Positions 46,098 through 57,116 of a stretch of 64,000 bases of DNA are shown piece by piece. The position numbers and the translations under genes were made by a program. The stretch is from NCBI GenBank assembly GCA_963700925.1, contig OY969553.1, forward strand, positions 1,016,131-1,080,130, given 5' to 3'. The notes under the pieces are model-generated. The model saw nothing but the letters and a program-made list of their open reading frames with translations, was not told where the DNA came from and ran no database searches. This stretch comes from an uncultured Actinomycetota bacterium. Lineage in GTDB: Bacteria; Actinomycetota; Actinomycetes; Actinomycetales; CAWJMD01. Each line of letters begins with the position of its first letter. The first letter of the stretch is position 1.

Positions 46098-47186
46098 TCA
46101 CCGCACGGACGCGAGGTGGCGCTCCAGGCGTCCCAGGGCGTCGGCCATGGTCGGGAGCCGACCGACGCCGTCGGGGAGCCGCTGCCCCTCCCAGCCGGGC
46201 CCGGCCGCGAACAGCTGCGTGGCGCCCCTGGGAGAGACGAGCGTCGTCAGCGCGGTCAGCTGTTCGGTGCCTGCGGTGCGCATCACCGCCAGCAGCACCA
46301 CCACCTTGGGCGAGGTGCGGGCGACGGCAGCGGTCAGGGCCCGGGTCGGCACCTGCCCGCCCAGCACCCGCGTACCGACACCGCGCTCGGCCAGGGCTGC
46401 CGCCAGGGCGTGCAGCGGCAGGGCGTGCTGCTCGTCGTCGGCGCATGCCAGGAGAACGCCGGCGTCTCCCGTGACCACCGGGCTCGAGCGGTGCAGCTCC
46501 GCGGTCATGACGTCGCTCAGGACGTGCTCGACCTCGACCCCCTCGCCGGTGTCCTGCCAGTGACGACCGGCCGTCGCCAGCGTGGGCGCGAGCACGCGCT
46601 GCCATGCGACCGCCGCGCCGTGCTCGGAGATCAGGTGCCCGATGTGACCGGCGCAGGCCAGGCTGTCGAGTGCGCGGGCCGCGTCGAGGAGTGCAGCTGA
46701 CTGGGCAGCGTAGCGCCGACGCGCGCCCTCGAGATTCCTTGCTGCCGTGCGACTCTCGTCGCCCGCCTCTCCCCGCTCGGGACCGTCGCCGCTCTCCGGA
46801 GAGTCGTGTTCCTGGGCCCACTCGGGCGCCGCCTCGCCTCGGGCCGCCCACGAGAGCGGGCCCCGCGACCGATTGCCTGCCCCACTCGAGCCCGGCGTGC
46901 TGACCGCGCGCGCGACCTCCGTGTGGACGGCCACGCGGGCCGCCTCCGCGGGTGCGACCCCTTCGAGAGTGAGCCGCCGCATCACCACCAGGCGAGCCAG
47001 GTCCTCCGACGAGTACTGACGGTGCGAGCCGGCGGTGTGCGCCGATGGCCCGAGCCCGTAGCGCCGGGCCCAGGTGCGCAGGGTGGCCGGGGCCACACCG
47101 AGGCGTCGTGCCACTGCCGCAACCTTCAGTGTCGGCTGGGACGCGCTACCCGGCGACGAGTTCACCCTCTCGCCCCTCGGCGACAT
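46098..47186 (-). CDS. MerR family regulator with C-terminal cobalamin-binding-like domain
   Basis: MerR HTH LKVAAVARRLGVAPATLRTWARRYGL. The C-terminal Rossmann-like segment LLACADDEQHALPLHALAAALAERGVGTRVLGG resembles B12-binding domains. The start is 47186 or 47222. Confidence 0.8.
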   Translation of the reverse strand: MSPRGERVNSSPGSASQPTLKVAAVARRLGVAPATLRTWARRYGLGPSAHTAGSHRQYSSEDLARLVVMRRLTLEGVAPAEAARVAVHTEVARAVSTPGSSGAGNRSRGPLSWAARGEAAPEWAQEHDSPESGDGPERGEAGDESRTAARNLEGARRRYAAQSAALLDAARALDSLACAGHIGHLISEHGAAVAWQRVLAPTLATAGRHWQDTGEGVEVEHVLSDVMTAELHRSSPVVTGDAGVLLACADDEQHALPLHALAAALAERGVGTRVLGGQVPTRALTAAVARTSPKVVVLLAVMRTAGTEQLTALTTLVSPRGATQLFAAGPGWEGQRLPDGVGRLPTMADALGRLERHLASVR

Positions 47187-47309
47187 GGCAACAGTCTGGG
47201 GGCCACGCAGAGCATCAGCCACTCGACCCCCAGAGTCGTCGGCGGATGGGTGACGACGTCGTCCCCTCGTCCACCGACGATGATGTGTGAAGAACTTCTG
47301 AACCGCATC

Positions 47310-47338
47310 TTGAACAACTCTTGGCGCGGTTGTACGTT
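47310..47338 (+). promoter_or_regulatory. candidate sigma-A-type promoter of whiB
   Basis: TTGAAC-N17-TACGTT in the only AT-richer stretch of the 217-bp leader region. Confidence 0.3.
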
Positions 47339-47438
47339 GTGCCGAGCGAGACGACTTCGGGGTGTACGACGACGACGAAGACGGTGCCTCAAGCAGCGCG
47401 GGCGCCCATTCGACCGACCGACGAGGAGTTGCTCAGAC

Positions 47439-47741
47439 ATGGCCGAGATCTCACGGTTGCCGGGCCCAGTGGCCGACGTGTGGGAGTGGCAGTACCAGGG
47501 CCTGTGCCGATCTACCGGGGACGAGCTGTTCTTCCACCCCGAGGGCGAGCGCGGGCCTCGCCGCCGGGGACGTGACGCGGCGGCTCAGGCCGTGTGTGCC
47601 ACCTGTCCCGTGATCAAGCAGTGCCGCGAGCACGCGCTCGCCGTCCGCGAGCCGTATGGGGTGTGGGGCGGTCTCACCGAGGACGACCGGGAGGCGATCC
47701 TGGCGGGTCGCGAGCCGGTGGCGATGCCGACAGCGAGCTGA
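47439..47741 (+). CDS. whiB: WhiB family redox-sensing regulator (WhiB3/WhiD type)
   Basis: 100 aa with four Cys (QGLCRS, AVCATCPVIKQC) and the GVWGG turn. The N-terminus LPGPVADVWEWQYQGLC closely parallels M. tuberculosis WhiB3. Located next to groEL, as in mycobacteria. Confidence 0.9.
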   Translation: MAEISRLPGPVADVWEWQYQGLCRSTGDELFFHPEGERGPRRRGRDAAAQAVCATCPVIKQCREHALAVREPYGVWGGLTEDDREAILAGREPVAMPTAS

Positions 47742-47764
47742 CCGGAGCCACAGCAAGACCAACG

Positions 47765-47799
47765 CAGAAGGGCCGCACCCACGGGGTGCGGCCCTTCTG
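47765..47799. terminator. bidirectional terminator hairpin between whiB and groEL
   Basis: Perfect 14-15 bp stem AGAAGGGCCGCACC-cacgg-GGTGCGGCCCTTCT between the convergent genes. Confidence 0.6.
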
Positions 47800-47820
47800 A
47801 TGTGCGCTGGTGCGGTTCGG

Positions 47821-49867
<2,047 letters not shown>

Positions 49868-49973
49868 GAGTGGACCTCCCCTTCGCAGTTCGCGGGTGGT
49901 TGATGCAGTGGACTGTGCGTGCCGCCGGGGTGGCGCCGCCGTCGTCGCGGGTGCCGGTGACGCCTCCGGAGCA

Positions 49974-50000
49974 CTGGCACCCACCTAGGGAGAGTGCCAG
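49974..50000. promoter_or_regulatory. CIRCE (HrcA operator) element 1
   Basis: CTGGCACCC-N9-GAGTGCCAG, compared with the CIRCE consensus TTAGCACTC-N9-GAGTGCTAA. Located upstream of groES. Confidence 0.75.
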
Positions 50001-50019
50001 TGCGACTCTAGGACCGCGG

Positions 50020-50046
50020 TTAGCACTCGGTCAACCTGAGTGCCAG
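50020..50046. promoter_or_regulatory. CIRCE (HrcA operator) element 2
   Basis: TTAGCACTC-N9-GAGTGCCAG. Confidence 0.8.
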
Positions 50047-50070
50047 TGTCGGGCTGGTCTCGCCCTCTCT

Positions 50071-50158
50071 CGCGAGCCTCGTTAACGAGGCTTAGGCACC
50101 GTTAACGAGGCTCGCGAGCCTCGTTAACGGTGAGTCAGCCTCGTTAACGAGGCTCGCG
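50071..50158. repeat. 88-bp nested palindrome with four GTTAAC-centred arms
   Basis: CGCGAGCCTCGTTAACGAGGCT - tagg - a 36-nt perfect palindrome (50097-50132) - agtc - AGCCTCGTTAACGAGGCTCGCG. The GTTAAC cores are at 50081, 50101, 50123 and 50143. Confidence 0.95.
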
Positions 50159-50191
50159 GAACGCCCAGACAGCAGGTGATTGGATCGACAC

Positions 50192-51385
50192 ATGGACACC
50201 GAGGGACTCGCGGCGCTGATGACCCCGCCGGGGTGGCAGCTGCTGGAGGCCTTGCCGGAGTACGACGAGGCGACGGCGATGCGGCTGGGAGAGCGTCTGC
50301 GCGACGAGGGCTTCGACCCGGCGCTCGTGGCGGCGGCCCTGACCCAGTCACGCCTGCGGGCCCGGGCCAGGGCGAAGTTCGGGCCGTTCGCGGCCGGCAT
50401 GCTCTTCACGGCGGACGGGCTCGAGCAGGCCACCCGGCTCGAGGTCGCCGCTCGGCACGCCCAGCGCTTCGCCGCGGCAGGCATCGAGCGCGTCGCCGAC
50501 CTCGGGTGCGGCATCGGCGGCGACGCGATGGCGCTGGCCGGACTCGACCGCGAGGTGCTCGCGGTCGAGCTCGACGAGGCGACGGCTGCCGTCGCCACCG
50601 TCAACCTGCGGCACTGGCCCGAAGCGGTGGTGCGGCACGAGGACGCGACCCGGACCGACCTGACGGGCGTCGGCGGCGCGTTCCTCGACCCGGCGCGGAG
50701 GACCACGTCGGGCCGCCGCGTGCTCGACCCCCGACAGGCCCAGCCACCGCTGTCGTTCGTGGAGGCGGTGGCGGAGCGGCTGCCCGCCGTGGGAGCGAAG
50801 GTCGCCCCGGGGATCCCGCACGGACTCGTACCCGACGAGGCAGAGGCCCAGTGGGTTTCGGTGGACGGTGACGTCGTCGAGGCCGGACTGTGGTTCGGGC
50901 TGCTGGCGCACGAGGGGGTCCGGCGGTCGGCCGTCGTGCTCGCGACCGGCCCCGACGGCACGTCGCAGGCGACCGTGGTGGACGACCGCGACCAGCCGGT
51001 CCCCGAGGTAGGGCCGGTCGGTGGCTATCTCTACGAGCCGGACGGGGCCGTGCTGCGAGCCGGCCTGGTGGGGCAGGTCGCCGTCGCGGTCGGCGGTCGG
51101 CTCGTCGACCGGACGATCGCGTACGTCACCACGGATGCCCCGGCACCCACGCCGCTCGCCCGGGGGTACCAGGTGCTGGACGTGATGCCGTTCGGCCTGA
51201 AGAGGCTGCGGACGTACCTGCGCGACGCCGGCGTCGGGCGGCTGACGATCAAGAAGCGCGGGACGGCAATCGAGCCCGAGCAGCTGCGTCGCCAGCTACG
51301 GCTGAGCGGTCCGTCCGAGGCGACCATCGTGTTGACCCGGGTGGCGGGGCAGCAGTCCGTCCTGGTGTGCCGGCCCTTGGAGTAG
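50192..51385 (+). CDS. class I SAM-dependent methyltransferase with C-terminal THUMP-like region
   Basis: SAM motif I VADLGCGIGGDAMALAG. Start at the ATG at 50192 (TTG at 50180 also possible). Confidence 0.8.
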   Translation: MDTEGLAALMTPPGWQLLEALPEYDEATAMRLGERLRDEGFDPALVAAALTQSRLRARARAKFGPFAAGMLFTADGLEQATRLEVAARHAQRFAAAGIERVADLGCGIGGDAMALAGLDREVLAVELDEATAAVATVNLRHWPEAVVRHEDATRTDLTGVGGAFLDPARRTTSGRRVLDPRQAQPPLSFVEAVAERLPAVGAKVAPGIPHGLVPDEAEAQWVSVDGDVVEAGLWFGLLAHEGVRRSAVVLATGPDGTSQATVVDDRDQPVPEVGPVGGYLYEPDGAVLRAGLVGQVAVAVGGRLVDRTIAYVTTDAPAPTPLARGYQVLDVMPFGLKRLRTYLRDAGVGRLTIKKRGTAIEPEQLRRQLRLSGPSEATIVLTRVAGQQSVLVCRPLE

Positions 51386-51434
51386 TTCGTCAACCTCTAT
51401 TGACACCACGTGGTTTGTCATCCATGGTTGACGC

Positions 51435-51671
51435 ATGAGCACGGTGACAGAGCTGGCCAGCAGCGCGACGAGCGCGGAGCCCGGCACGGGCCTGAGGGCA
51501 GCCCTGGCGCTGCGCCGACTGGCCGAGACCCTCGAGAGGTCGCAGGTCGACAACGCCCGCCGCCTGGGGTGGTCGTGGCAGGAGATCGCCGACGCCCTCG
51601 AGATCAGCAAGCAGGCAGTCCACAAGAAGTACGCCCGCCGCGCAGCGGCGGGCCGACGCGGGGAGGGCTAG
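51435..51671 (+). CDS. small helix-turn-helix protein (sigma-70 region 4-like)
   Basis: 78 aa with HTH WSWQEIADALEISKQAVHKKY. Immediately followed by the Clp-N gene. Confidence 0.7.
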   Translation: MSTVTELASSATSAEPGTGLRAALALRRLAETLERSQVDNARRLGWSWQEIADALEISKQAVHKKYARRAAAGRRGEG

Positions 51672-52277
51672 GTGTTCGAGCGATTCACAGGCGCGGCACG
51701 CGACGTCGTGGTGCGCGCCCAGGAGGAGTCCCGTCAGCTGCGCCATGCGCACATCGGCACCGAGCACCTGCTGCTGGCACTGTTGTCGCCCCAGGCCGGC
51801 GTCTCGTCGACGGTGCTGCGCGCTGCCGGGGTGGACGCCGAGCACGTCCGGGCTGAGATCGCACGGCACGTGGGCTCGGGTCACACTTCCCCGGGCGCCC
51901 TGAGCGACGAGGACGCGGCCGCCCTGCGCGCCATCGGCATCGACCTGCAGGCCGTCATCTCACGGATCGAGGAGACTCTCGGGCGGGAGGCACTGGCACC
52001 GAGCTGTCCGGAGCCCCGGCGTTCCCGGCGCGGATGGCTGCGGCGGCACCGTGGTCATGCTGGCCACAGGCCGTTCACCCCGCGTGCGAAGAAGACCCTC
52101 GAGCTGTCGCTGCGTGAGGCGATTCACCTGCGGCACAAGGAGATCGGCACCGAGCACCTGCTGCTCGGACTGCTGCGGGAGGGCGAGGGCCTGGCGGCGA
52201 AGATCCTGGTGGACGGCGGTGTGAGCCTCGACGCGCTGAGGCGGGCGATTCTCGAGGCACGGCCCGAGGCCGCCTGA
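51672..52277 (+). CDS. Clp N-terminal (Clp_N repeat) domain protein
   Basis: Two Clp_N repeats (FTGAARDVVVRAQEESRQLRHAHIGTEHLLLALL and FTPRAKKTLELSLREAIHLRHKEIGTEHLLLGLL). No AAA+ module. Confidence 0.85.
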   Translation: MFERFTGAARDVVVRAQEESRQLRHAHIGTEHLLLALLSPQAGVSSTVLRAAGVDAEHVRAEIARHVGSGHTSPGALSDEDAAALRAIGIDLQAVISRIEETLGREALAPSCPEPRRSRRGWLRRHRGHAGHRPFTPRAKKTLELSLREAIHLRHKEIGTEHLLLGLLREGEGLAAKILVDGGVSLDALRRAILEARPEAA

Positions 52278-52287
52278 GGGGTCGCCT

Positions 52288-53985
52288 TCAACAAGGGTCG
52301 GTGGTCAGCCCGTCCGCCGACACCGGCAGAGCGCCTGGGGCTGCGGCCGCCCCGGTCAGCACGTCCACCAGGGCCGCGAAGGCGGATGGTGACCGCCCGT
52401 ACAGGGCCAGGGTCGCGCGGCTCCCCCGGGCCGAGGCCAAGGGGTAGGGCGCATCGAGGGCGACCAGCACATCGCCGGAACCGGCTGTGTCGTCACCGTC
52501 CAGCAGCCGCACCACGGCGCCCGGACCGCCGGGTGCCACGACCTGGAGCCCGGCTGCCTCTGCGGCCTCGGTGAGCAGGCGCCGGTCGGAGCGGTCACCT
52601 CCGACCACCTGCAGCGGCTTGTCGACGAGCACGCCGGCGCAAGGACCACCCAGGCGCGTGATGCCCGCCGCCGAGAGGGCGCGCGACGCCTGCCTGGCCG
52701 AGTTGTTGAGGGTGCTGCCTGCCACGAGGGGCTGCTCGGCGGCGAGACGAGCCTGCCAGCGTTGCAGCGCAATGACTTTCGCGGCTGATTCCTCGGCGCG
52801 AGCGCGTGGCACCGTGCCATCGGTGATCGCGGCCGCCAGTGCGGCGTGGGCTGCGCGCACGTCGGACGGCATCAGGATCACGTCGGCGCCGGCGGCGAGG
52901 GCCTTGACGGCCGCGGCGTCCGGGCCGTGGGCGGCCACGACGGCGGCCATGTCCAGGGCGTCGGTCACGGCCACGCCCTCGAAGCCTGCGTCGGACCGCA
53001 GGGAGGCGTAAGCGGCCGACGAGAGTGTCGCCGGAACTCCGGACTCGAACGCGTCGACCGCGAGATGGCTCATCATCACGACCGGCGCCCCGGCTCGCGC
53101 AGCTTCCTTGAACGGCACCAGGTCTCGCGCTTTCAGGTCGTCCAGCGATCTGCTCTGGACGGGCAGCGCCTCGTGGCTGTCGACCGTCACGCTGCCGTGC
53201 CCTGGGTAGTGCTTGACGACCGGGACGATGGCCGCGTCGCGGTACCCCTCGACGGCGGCCGTCACGACCTCGGCGGCGAGAGCCGGGTCGCCGCTGGGCG
53301 ATCGACTGCCGATCGTGGGGTCGGACGGGCCGACGGTGACGTCGGCCACCGGGGCGTTGACCCAGGTGAAGCCGAGCGCCCGCAGCTGTGCGCCCGATGC
53401 CCGAGCGGCCCGGGTGACGGCTTGCGCGCCGTTGTCCGGGTCGCCGGCCACCGCTGCCCCGCCCGTCATCAGGGTCGGGAACGCGGTGACCTCACCGGTG
53501 AACCGGCCCACGCGCCCGCCCTCTTGGTCGACGGACACGATGGCCGGCCAGTCACGCCCGTCGTCCACGGCTGCCTGCTGTACTGCAGCGGCCGTCGCGG
53601 CCACCTGGTCGGCGCCGGCCACGTTGTCGCCCATCACGATGACGCCCGCGAGGTGCAGCTCGGACACCAGCGCCGCGGGCGTGCTGGGGTCAGTGCCGCC
53701 GTAGCGGGCCACGAGCACACCTCCGGCGAGCTGCTCGGGTGTCCAGGTGCTGACCAGGTCTGCGGCGTCTGTGAGCTCGTCCGGCATCGGCCCCCAGCTC
53801 AGAGGCTCCGGGGTGGGACTGCCTGTAGCCGTGGCGCTTTCGTCCCCCTCGATGCTCGGGGTGGCAGGCTTGTCACCCGGGCGGCGAGGCTCGTCGGCGG
53901 AGCACCCGCTGAGCGAGCAGGCGAGCAGGATGGCTGCGACCGCCGTCGTCCGGGATCGCCAGGCCGAGGGCCTGAGGCGGGTCAC
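52288..53985 (-). CDS. glycoside hydrolase family 3 lipoprotein (NagZ/LpqI-like beta-N-acetylhexosaminidase)
   Basis: Lipobox LSGC. GH3 motif KHYPGHGS and VDQEGGRV. Confidence 0.85.
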   Translation of the reverse strand: MTRLRPSAWRSRTTAVAAILLACSLSGCSADEPRRPGDKPATPSIEGDESATATGSPTPEPLSWGPMPDELTDAADLVSTWTPEQLAGGVLVARYGGTDPSTPAALVSELHLAGVIVMGDNVAGADQVAATAAAVQQAAVDDGRDWPAIVSVDQEGGRVGRFTGEVTAFPTLMTGGAAVAGDPDNGAQAVTRAARASGAQLRALGFTWVNAPVADVTVGPSDPTIGSRSPSGDPALAAEVVTAAVEGYRDAAIVPVVKHYPGHGSVTVDSHEALPVQSRSLDDLKARDLVPFKEAARAGAPVVMMSHLAVDAFESGVPATLSSAAYASLRSDAGFEGVAVTDALDMAAVVAAHGPDAAAVKALAAGADVILMPSDVRAAHAALAAAITDGTVPRARAEESAAKVIALQRWQARLAAEQPLVAGSTLNNSARQASRALSAAGITRLGGPCAGVLVDKPLQVVGGDRSDRRLLTEAAEAAGLQVVAPGGPGAVVRLLDGDDTAGSGDVLVALDAPYPLASARGSRATLALYGRSPSAFAALVDVLTGAAAAPGALPVSADGLTTDPC

Positions 53986-55034
53986 GCCTGAACCAGCTCC
54001 ACGGGCATCGACGAGTCAGCCGAGAGCCCGGAGCCGGAGGGTTCCCGTCCGCGCGCAAGCATCTGCGCCCCGAGGGCTGCAACCATCGCCCCGTTGTCGG
54101 TGCAGAGGCCGGGGCGGGGCACGCGCAGAGTGATACCGGCTGTCGCGCAACGCTCCTCGGCCATGGCGCGCAGCCGGGAGTTCGCCGCCACCCCACCACC
54201 CACGAGCATGGTGTCGACGCCCTGCTCCTGGCAGGCCAGCACGGCCTTGCGGGTCAGCACGTCGACCACGGCCTCCTGGAACGACGCCGCCACGTCAGCC
54301 ACCGGGACCGCTTCTCCGTCCGCCCGCCGCTGCTCGACCCATCGTGCGACGGCCGTCTTGAGCCCAGAGAACGAGACGTCGTACCGGTGCCGCTGCATGT
54401 CGCGCTGGGAGGTGAGCCCGCGGGGGAACGGGATCGCGCTCGCGTCCCCGTCCCGTGCCGCACGGTCGATGTGCGGGCCACCGGGGAACGGCATCCCGAG
54501 CAGCCGGGCGACCTTGTCGAACGCCTCCCCGGCAGCGTCGTCGATGGTCGAGCCGAGCGGGCGGACGTCGTTTGTCACGTCGGGGACGAGGAGCAAGGAG
54601 GAGTGGCCGCCGGAGACCAGCAGCGCGATCGAGGGTTCGGGCAGCGGGCCGTGCTCGAGGGTGTCGACCGCGACGTGGGCGGCGAGGTGGTTGACGCCGT
54701 AGAGCGGACGGCTCAGTCCGTAGGCGAGTGCCTTCGCGGCCGCGACGCCCACCAGCAGGGCGCCTGCCAGTCCAGGTCCGCTGGTGACAGCGACGGCGTC
54801 CACGTCCGCCAGGCTCACGCCGGCCCGCTCGCAGGCACGCTCGATGGTCGGGACCATCGCCTCCAGGTGGGCGCGGCTGGCGACCTCGGGCACCACGCCA
54901 CCGAAGCGGGCGTGCTCGTCGACGCTGCTCGCGACCGCGTCGAACAGCAGCTCTCCCCCGCGGACGAGTCCGACACCGGTCTCGTCGCACGAGGTCTCGA
55001 TGCCCAGAACCAATGGGGCTTCGGTCAGTGCCAC
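53982..55034 (-). CDS. tsaD: tRNA N6-adenosine threonylcarbamoyltransferase
   Basis: [15 protein letters not shown] and [10 protein letters not shown] motifs. GTG start just after an in-frame TAG. Confidence 0.95.
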   Translation of the reverse strand: MALTEAPLVLGIETSCDETGVGLVRGGELLFDAVASSVDEHARFGGVVPEVASRAHLEAMVPTIERACERAGVSLADVDAVAVTSGPGLAGALLVGVAAAKALAYGLSRPLYGVNHLAAHVAVDTLEHGPLPEPSIALLVSGGHSSLLLVPDVTNDVRPLGSTIDDAAGEAFDKVARLLGMPFPGGPHIDRAARDGDASAIPFPRGLTSQRDMQRHRYDVSFSGLKTAVARWVEQRRADGEAVPVADVAASFQEAVVDVLTRKAVLACQEQGVDTMLVGGGVAANSRLRAMAEERCATAGITLRVPRPGLCTDNGAMVAALGAQMLARGREPSGSGLSADSSMPVELVQA

Positions 55035-55539
55035 CCCAGCACTCTAAGGCGCGCCGAGCAATCGGGCGAAGCCGCATGATGTGGGCGTCGATGTCACCCG
55101 GTTGGTAGTACCTGCGACGCACCGCGATGCGGTCGAACCCGAAGCTGCGGTAGAGGGCGATGGCCGGCTCGTTGTCGGCGCGGACCTCGAGCATCAGCGA
55201 GGTCGCACCCTGCTCGCGTGCTTGGTCGGCCAGTGTCGTGAGCAGCCGCCGTCCGAGGCCTTGGCCTTGGCCTTCTGGGGCTACGGCGATGGTCTGCACG
55301 TCGGCGTCGGCGCCTGACACCGCGAGGCCGCAGTAGCCGAGGACCTCGCCGTCCTCGGTCGTGGCGACCGTGTACCAGCGTTGCGGCGCAGCCAGTTCCG
55401 ACCAGAACGTCTCCTGCGACCACGTGTCGGGCGTGAAGAGCTGCACCTCCAGCCGGTGGACCGGCTCCACGTGCCACCAGCGCATCGGGAACATCGTCAC
55501 GGCCGAGGGGTCTGGCGTGACCTCGGTTGGGCCGGTCAC
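54295..55539 (-). CDS. rimI: ribosomal-protein-alanine N-acetyltransferase RimI; ORF lacks a stop at the expected end
   Basis: The GNAT domain occupies only about 55090-55494 ([19 protein letters not shown]...[18 protein letters not shown]...DAHIMRL). The frame then stays open for about 245 further codons across tsaD, with non-coding-like third positions. GTGA overlap with the tsaB stop at 55536-55539. Confidence 0.6.
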   Translation of the reverse strand: MTGPTEVTPDPSAVTMFPMRWWHVEPVHRLEVQLFTPDTWSQETFWSELAAPQRWYTVATTEDGEVLGYCGLAVSGADADVQTIAVAPEGQGQGLGRRLLTTLADQAREQGATSLMLEVRADNEPAIALYRSFGFDRIAVRRRYYQPGDIDAHIMRLRPIARRALECWGGTDRSPIGSGHRDLVRRDRCRTRPRGRAAVRRGREQRRRARPLRWRGARGRQPRPPGGDGPDHRACLRAGRREPGGRGRRRCHQRTWTGRRPAGGRRGREGTRLRTEPSALRRQPPRRPRRGRHPRARPAARTLDRAAGLRRPLLLAPRPRRDKRRPPARLDHRRRCRGGVRQGRPAARDAVPRWPAHRPCGTGRGRERDPVPPRAHLPARHAAAPVRRLVLWAQDGRRTMGRAAAGGRRSGPGG

Positions 55540-56252
55540 GGCGTCCGGGAGCCGGCGCGTCCGGTGAGAACGCTCTTGGCTCCCCCCGGTTCCGCTGCGT
55601 CGGGGCGGCGGAGGTACAGCGGCTCAGGGTCACGCGGTCGACGTCCGTCAGCTGTCTCGGCCAGCGCAATGCGTGCGATCGCTTCTGCGGACGGGTCACG
55701 CAGTGCCGCAACGGTTTCGATGGGCGAAGGCGGCAGGCTGTCGGGGTAGAGGAGGGTCCCGCGTCCGGCGCATGGCAGGTTGTTCAAGGGCAGCTCGTGC
55801 GGTCGTGACACGTCCGGCTGGGTGACGGGGACGGCCCAGAGGCCGCTGGACGTCTCGGTGGCGTGGTAACGAGCCCAGTAGACCTCACGGCGACGCGCGT
55901 CAGTGGCGACGATGAAGTCCGTTCCGACAGTGGCGATCCCGGCATCGACGGCTTGCAGGGCCACAGCGTCGAGGCTTGTCACGCCGTGGACCTCGAGTCC
56001 CAGCGCCAGGGCGAGGGTGCGTGCCGTGACGAGGCCGACCCGCAGGCCGGTGAACGGACCTGGACCTCGCCCGACGGCGATCGCGGTGAGCTCCGGCTTG
56101 GTGATCCCTGACTCGGTCATGACTTCGTCGATCATCGGCACGAGCAGCTCCGCGTGGCGGCGGGGGTCGTACGTCGAGCGCGACGCCACGACCGCCGTAC
56201 CGTCGTGCAGGGCGACGGTGACGGCGGCCGAGGTGTCGAGGGCGAGCAGCAC
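55536..56252 (-). CDS. tsaB: tRNA threonylcarbamoyladenosine biosynthesis protein TsaB
   Basis: N-terminus LLALDTSAAVTVAL and motif GRGPGPFTGLRVG. Confidence 0.9.
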   Translation of the reverse strand: MLLALDTSAAVTVALHDGTAVVASRSTYDPRRHAELLVPMIDEVMTESGITKPELTAIAVGRGPGPFTGLRVGLVTARTLALALGLEVHGVTSLDAVALQAVDAGIATVGTDFIVATDARRREVYWARYHATETSSGLWAVPVTQPDVSRPHELPLNNLPCAGRGTLLYPDSLPPSPIETVAALRDPSAEAIARIALAETADGRRPRDPEPLYLRRPDAAEPGGAKSVLTGRAGSRTP

Positions 56253-56270
56253 TCGCCGAGGGTATGCCAG

Positions 56271-57116
56271 CTACAGGGTCAGCAGGGTCGTTCCGGTCCC
56301 GCCGTCGCGGTAGGTCACCTCGACCTCGACCCCGGTTGTCGAGGCGTCCTCGAGCTCGTCGCCGGGAAGCCAGAAGGCGAAGTGTCCACCCGACACGGTT
56401 GCTGTCACGTCGCCCTGAGTTCGGCTGTGGTACACCGCGCCGGCGACGTCGGAGCCAGCGACGCCGGCCGCCAGGGAGAGGTCGCCCGCCTTCATGGTGC
56501 CGACGCCCAGGTCTGTCGCGGTGACGTCACGAGGTGCGGGCGCCGCATGGTCGGTCACTCGGCCGACCGAGCCGATCGCGTCCTTGGCGAACAGGTGGGC
56601 GGAGTCGTCGCTCACACACATCGCCGAGAAGCCGTTCGTGCCGGCCAGGACCACAGTGGTCCACACGCCGCGGCGCTCGGCAATGACCGGCTCAGCAGCC
56701 TTGAGATCGGCTGCATGCTCGGCTCCCGCTCCGTCCTCCTGCATCTGGCGGCAACCGGCGACTGCGTCAGCACTTTCCTGCGCCGACAACCCGCGGGGAT
56801 CGGGCGTCCAGCTGGCAAATGCCTGGTCGCCGCCGGTCAGGGACGGTAGCGCGACCATCAGAGCAGTCACTGCTGCGACCACTCCTCCGGCCAACACGAC
56901 TCTGCGCGTGGTGCTTTGGGCGCGACGCGGCCGGTCGGCGCGGGCGGCCGGCCTGGAGGCCAACGCCGACGGAGGCACCTGCAGCGGGTCCGATGCCAGG
57001 ATCGTCTGGAGGTCGGCGCGGGCTCGATCTGTGGGGGTGTGCCCGTGGCGGTCGGCGGCGTCCAGCGATCGCAGGGCGGTGCTGATGTCGCGGTCGAGAA
57101 CGCGGACTCGGGTCAT
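56271..57116 (-). CDS. putative membrane anti-sigma factor partner (single TM)
   Basis: 281 aa in ATGA overlap with the upstream ECF sigma gene. A cytoplasmic N-terminus, the TM VVLAGGVVAAVTALMVAL and an extracytoplasmic domain. No recognised domain. Confidence 0.55.
   Translation of the reverse strand: MTRVRVLDRDISTALRSLDAADRHGHTPTDRARADLQTILASDPLQVPPSALASRPAARADRPRRAQSTTRRVVLAGGVVAAVTALMVALPSLTGGDQAFASWTPDPRGLSAQESADAVAGCRQMQEDGAGAEHAADLKAAEPVIAERRGVWTTVVLAGTNGFSAMCVSDDSAHLFAKDAIGSVGRVTDHAAPAPRDVTATDLGVGTMKAGDLSLAAGVAGSDVAGAVYHSRTQGDVTATVSGGHFAFWLPGDELEDASTTGVEVEVTYRDGGTGTTLLTL

Noticed and set aside
47286-47301. CRP/Cmr-like site TGTGA-N6-TCTGA upstream of whiB.
   Set aside because: The right half-site has two mismatches to TCACA. 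A single degenerate 16-mer cannot be distinguished from chance without a scoring matrix or comparative data.
53982-55539. The idea that rimI and tsaD form a genuine fusion protein.
   Set aside because: The two are in different frames. The tsaD frame has a TAG four codons upstream of its GTG start, so no continuous fusion frame exists.
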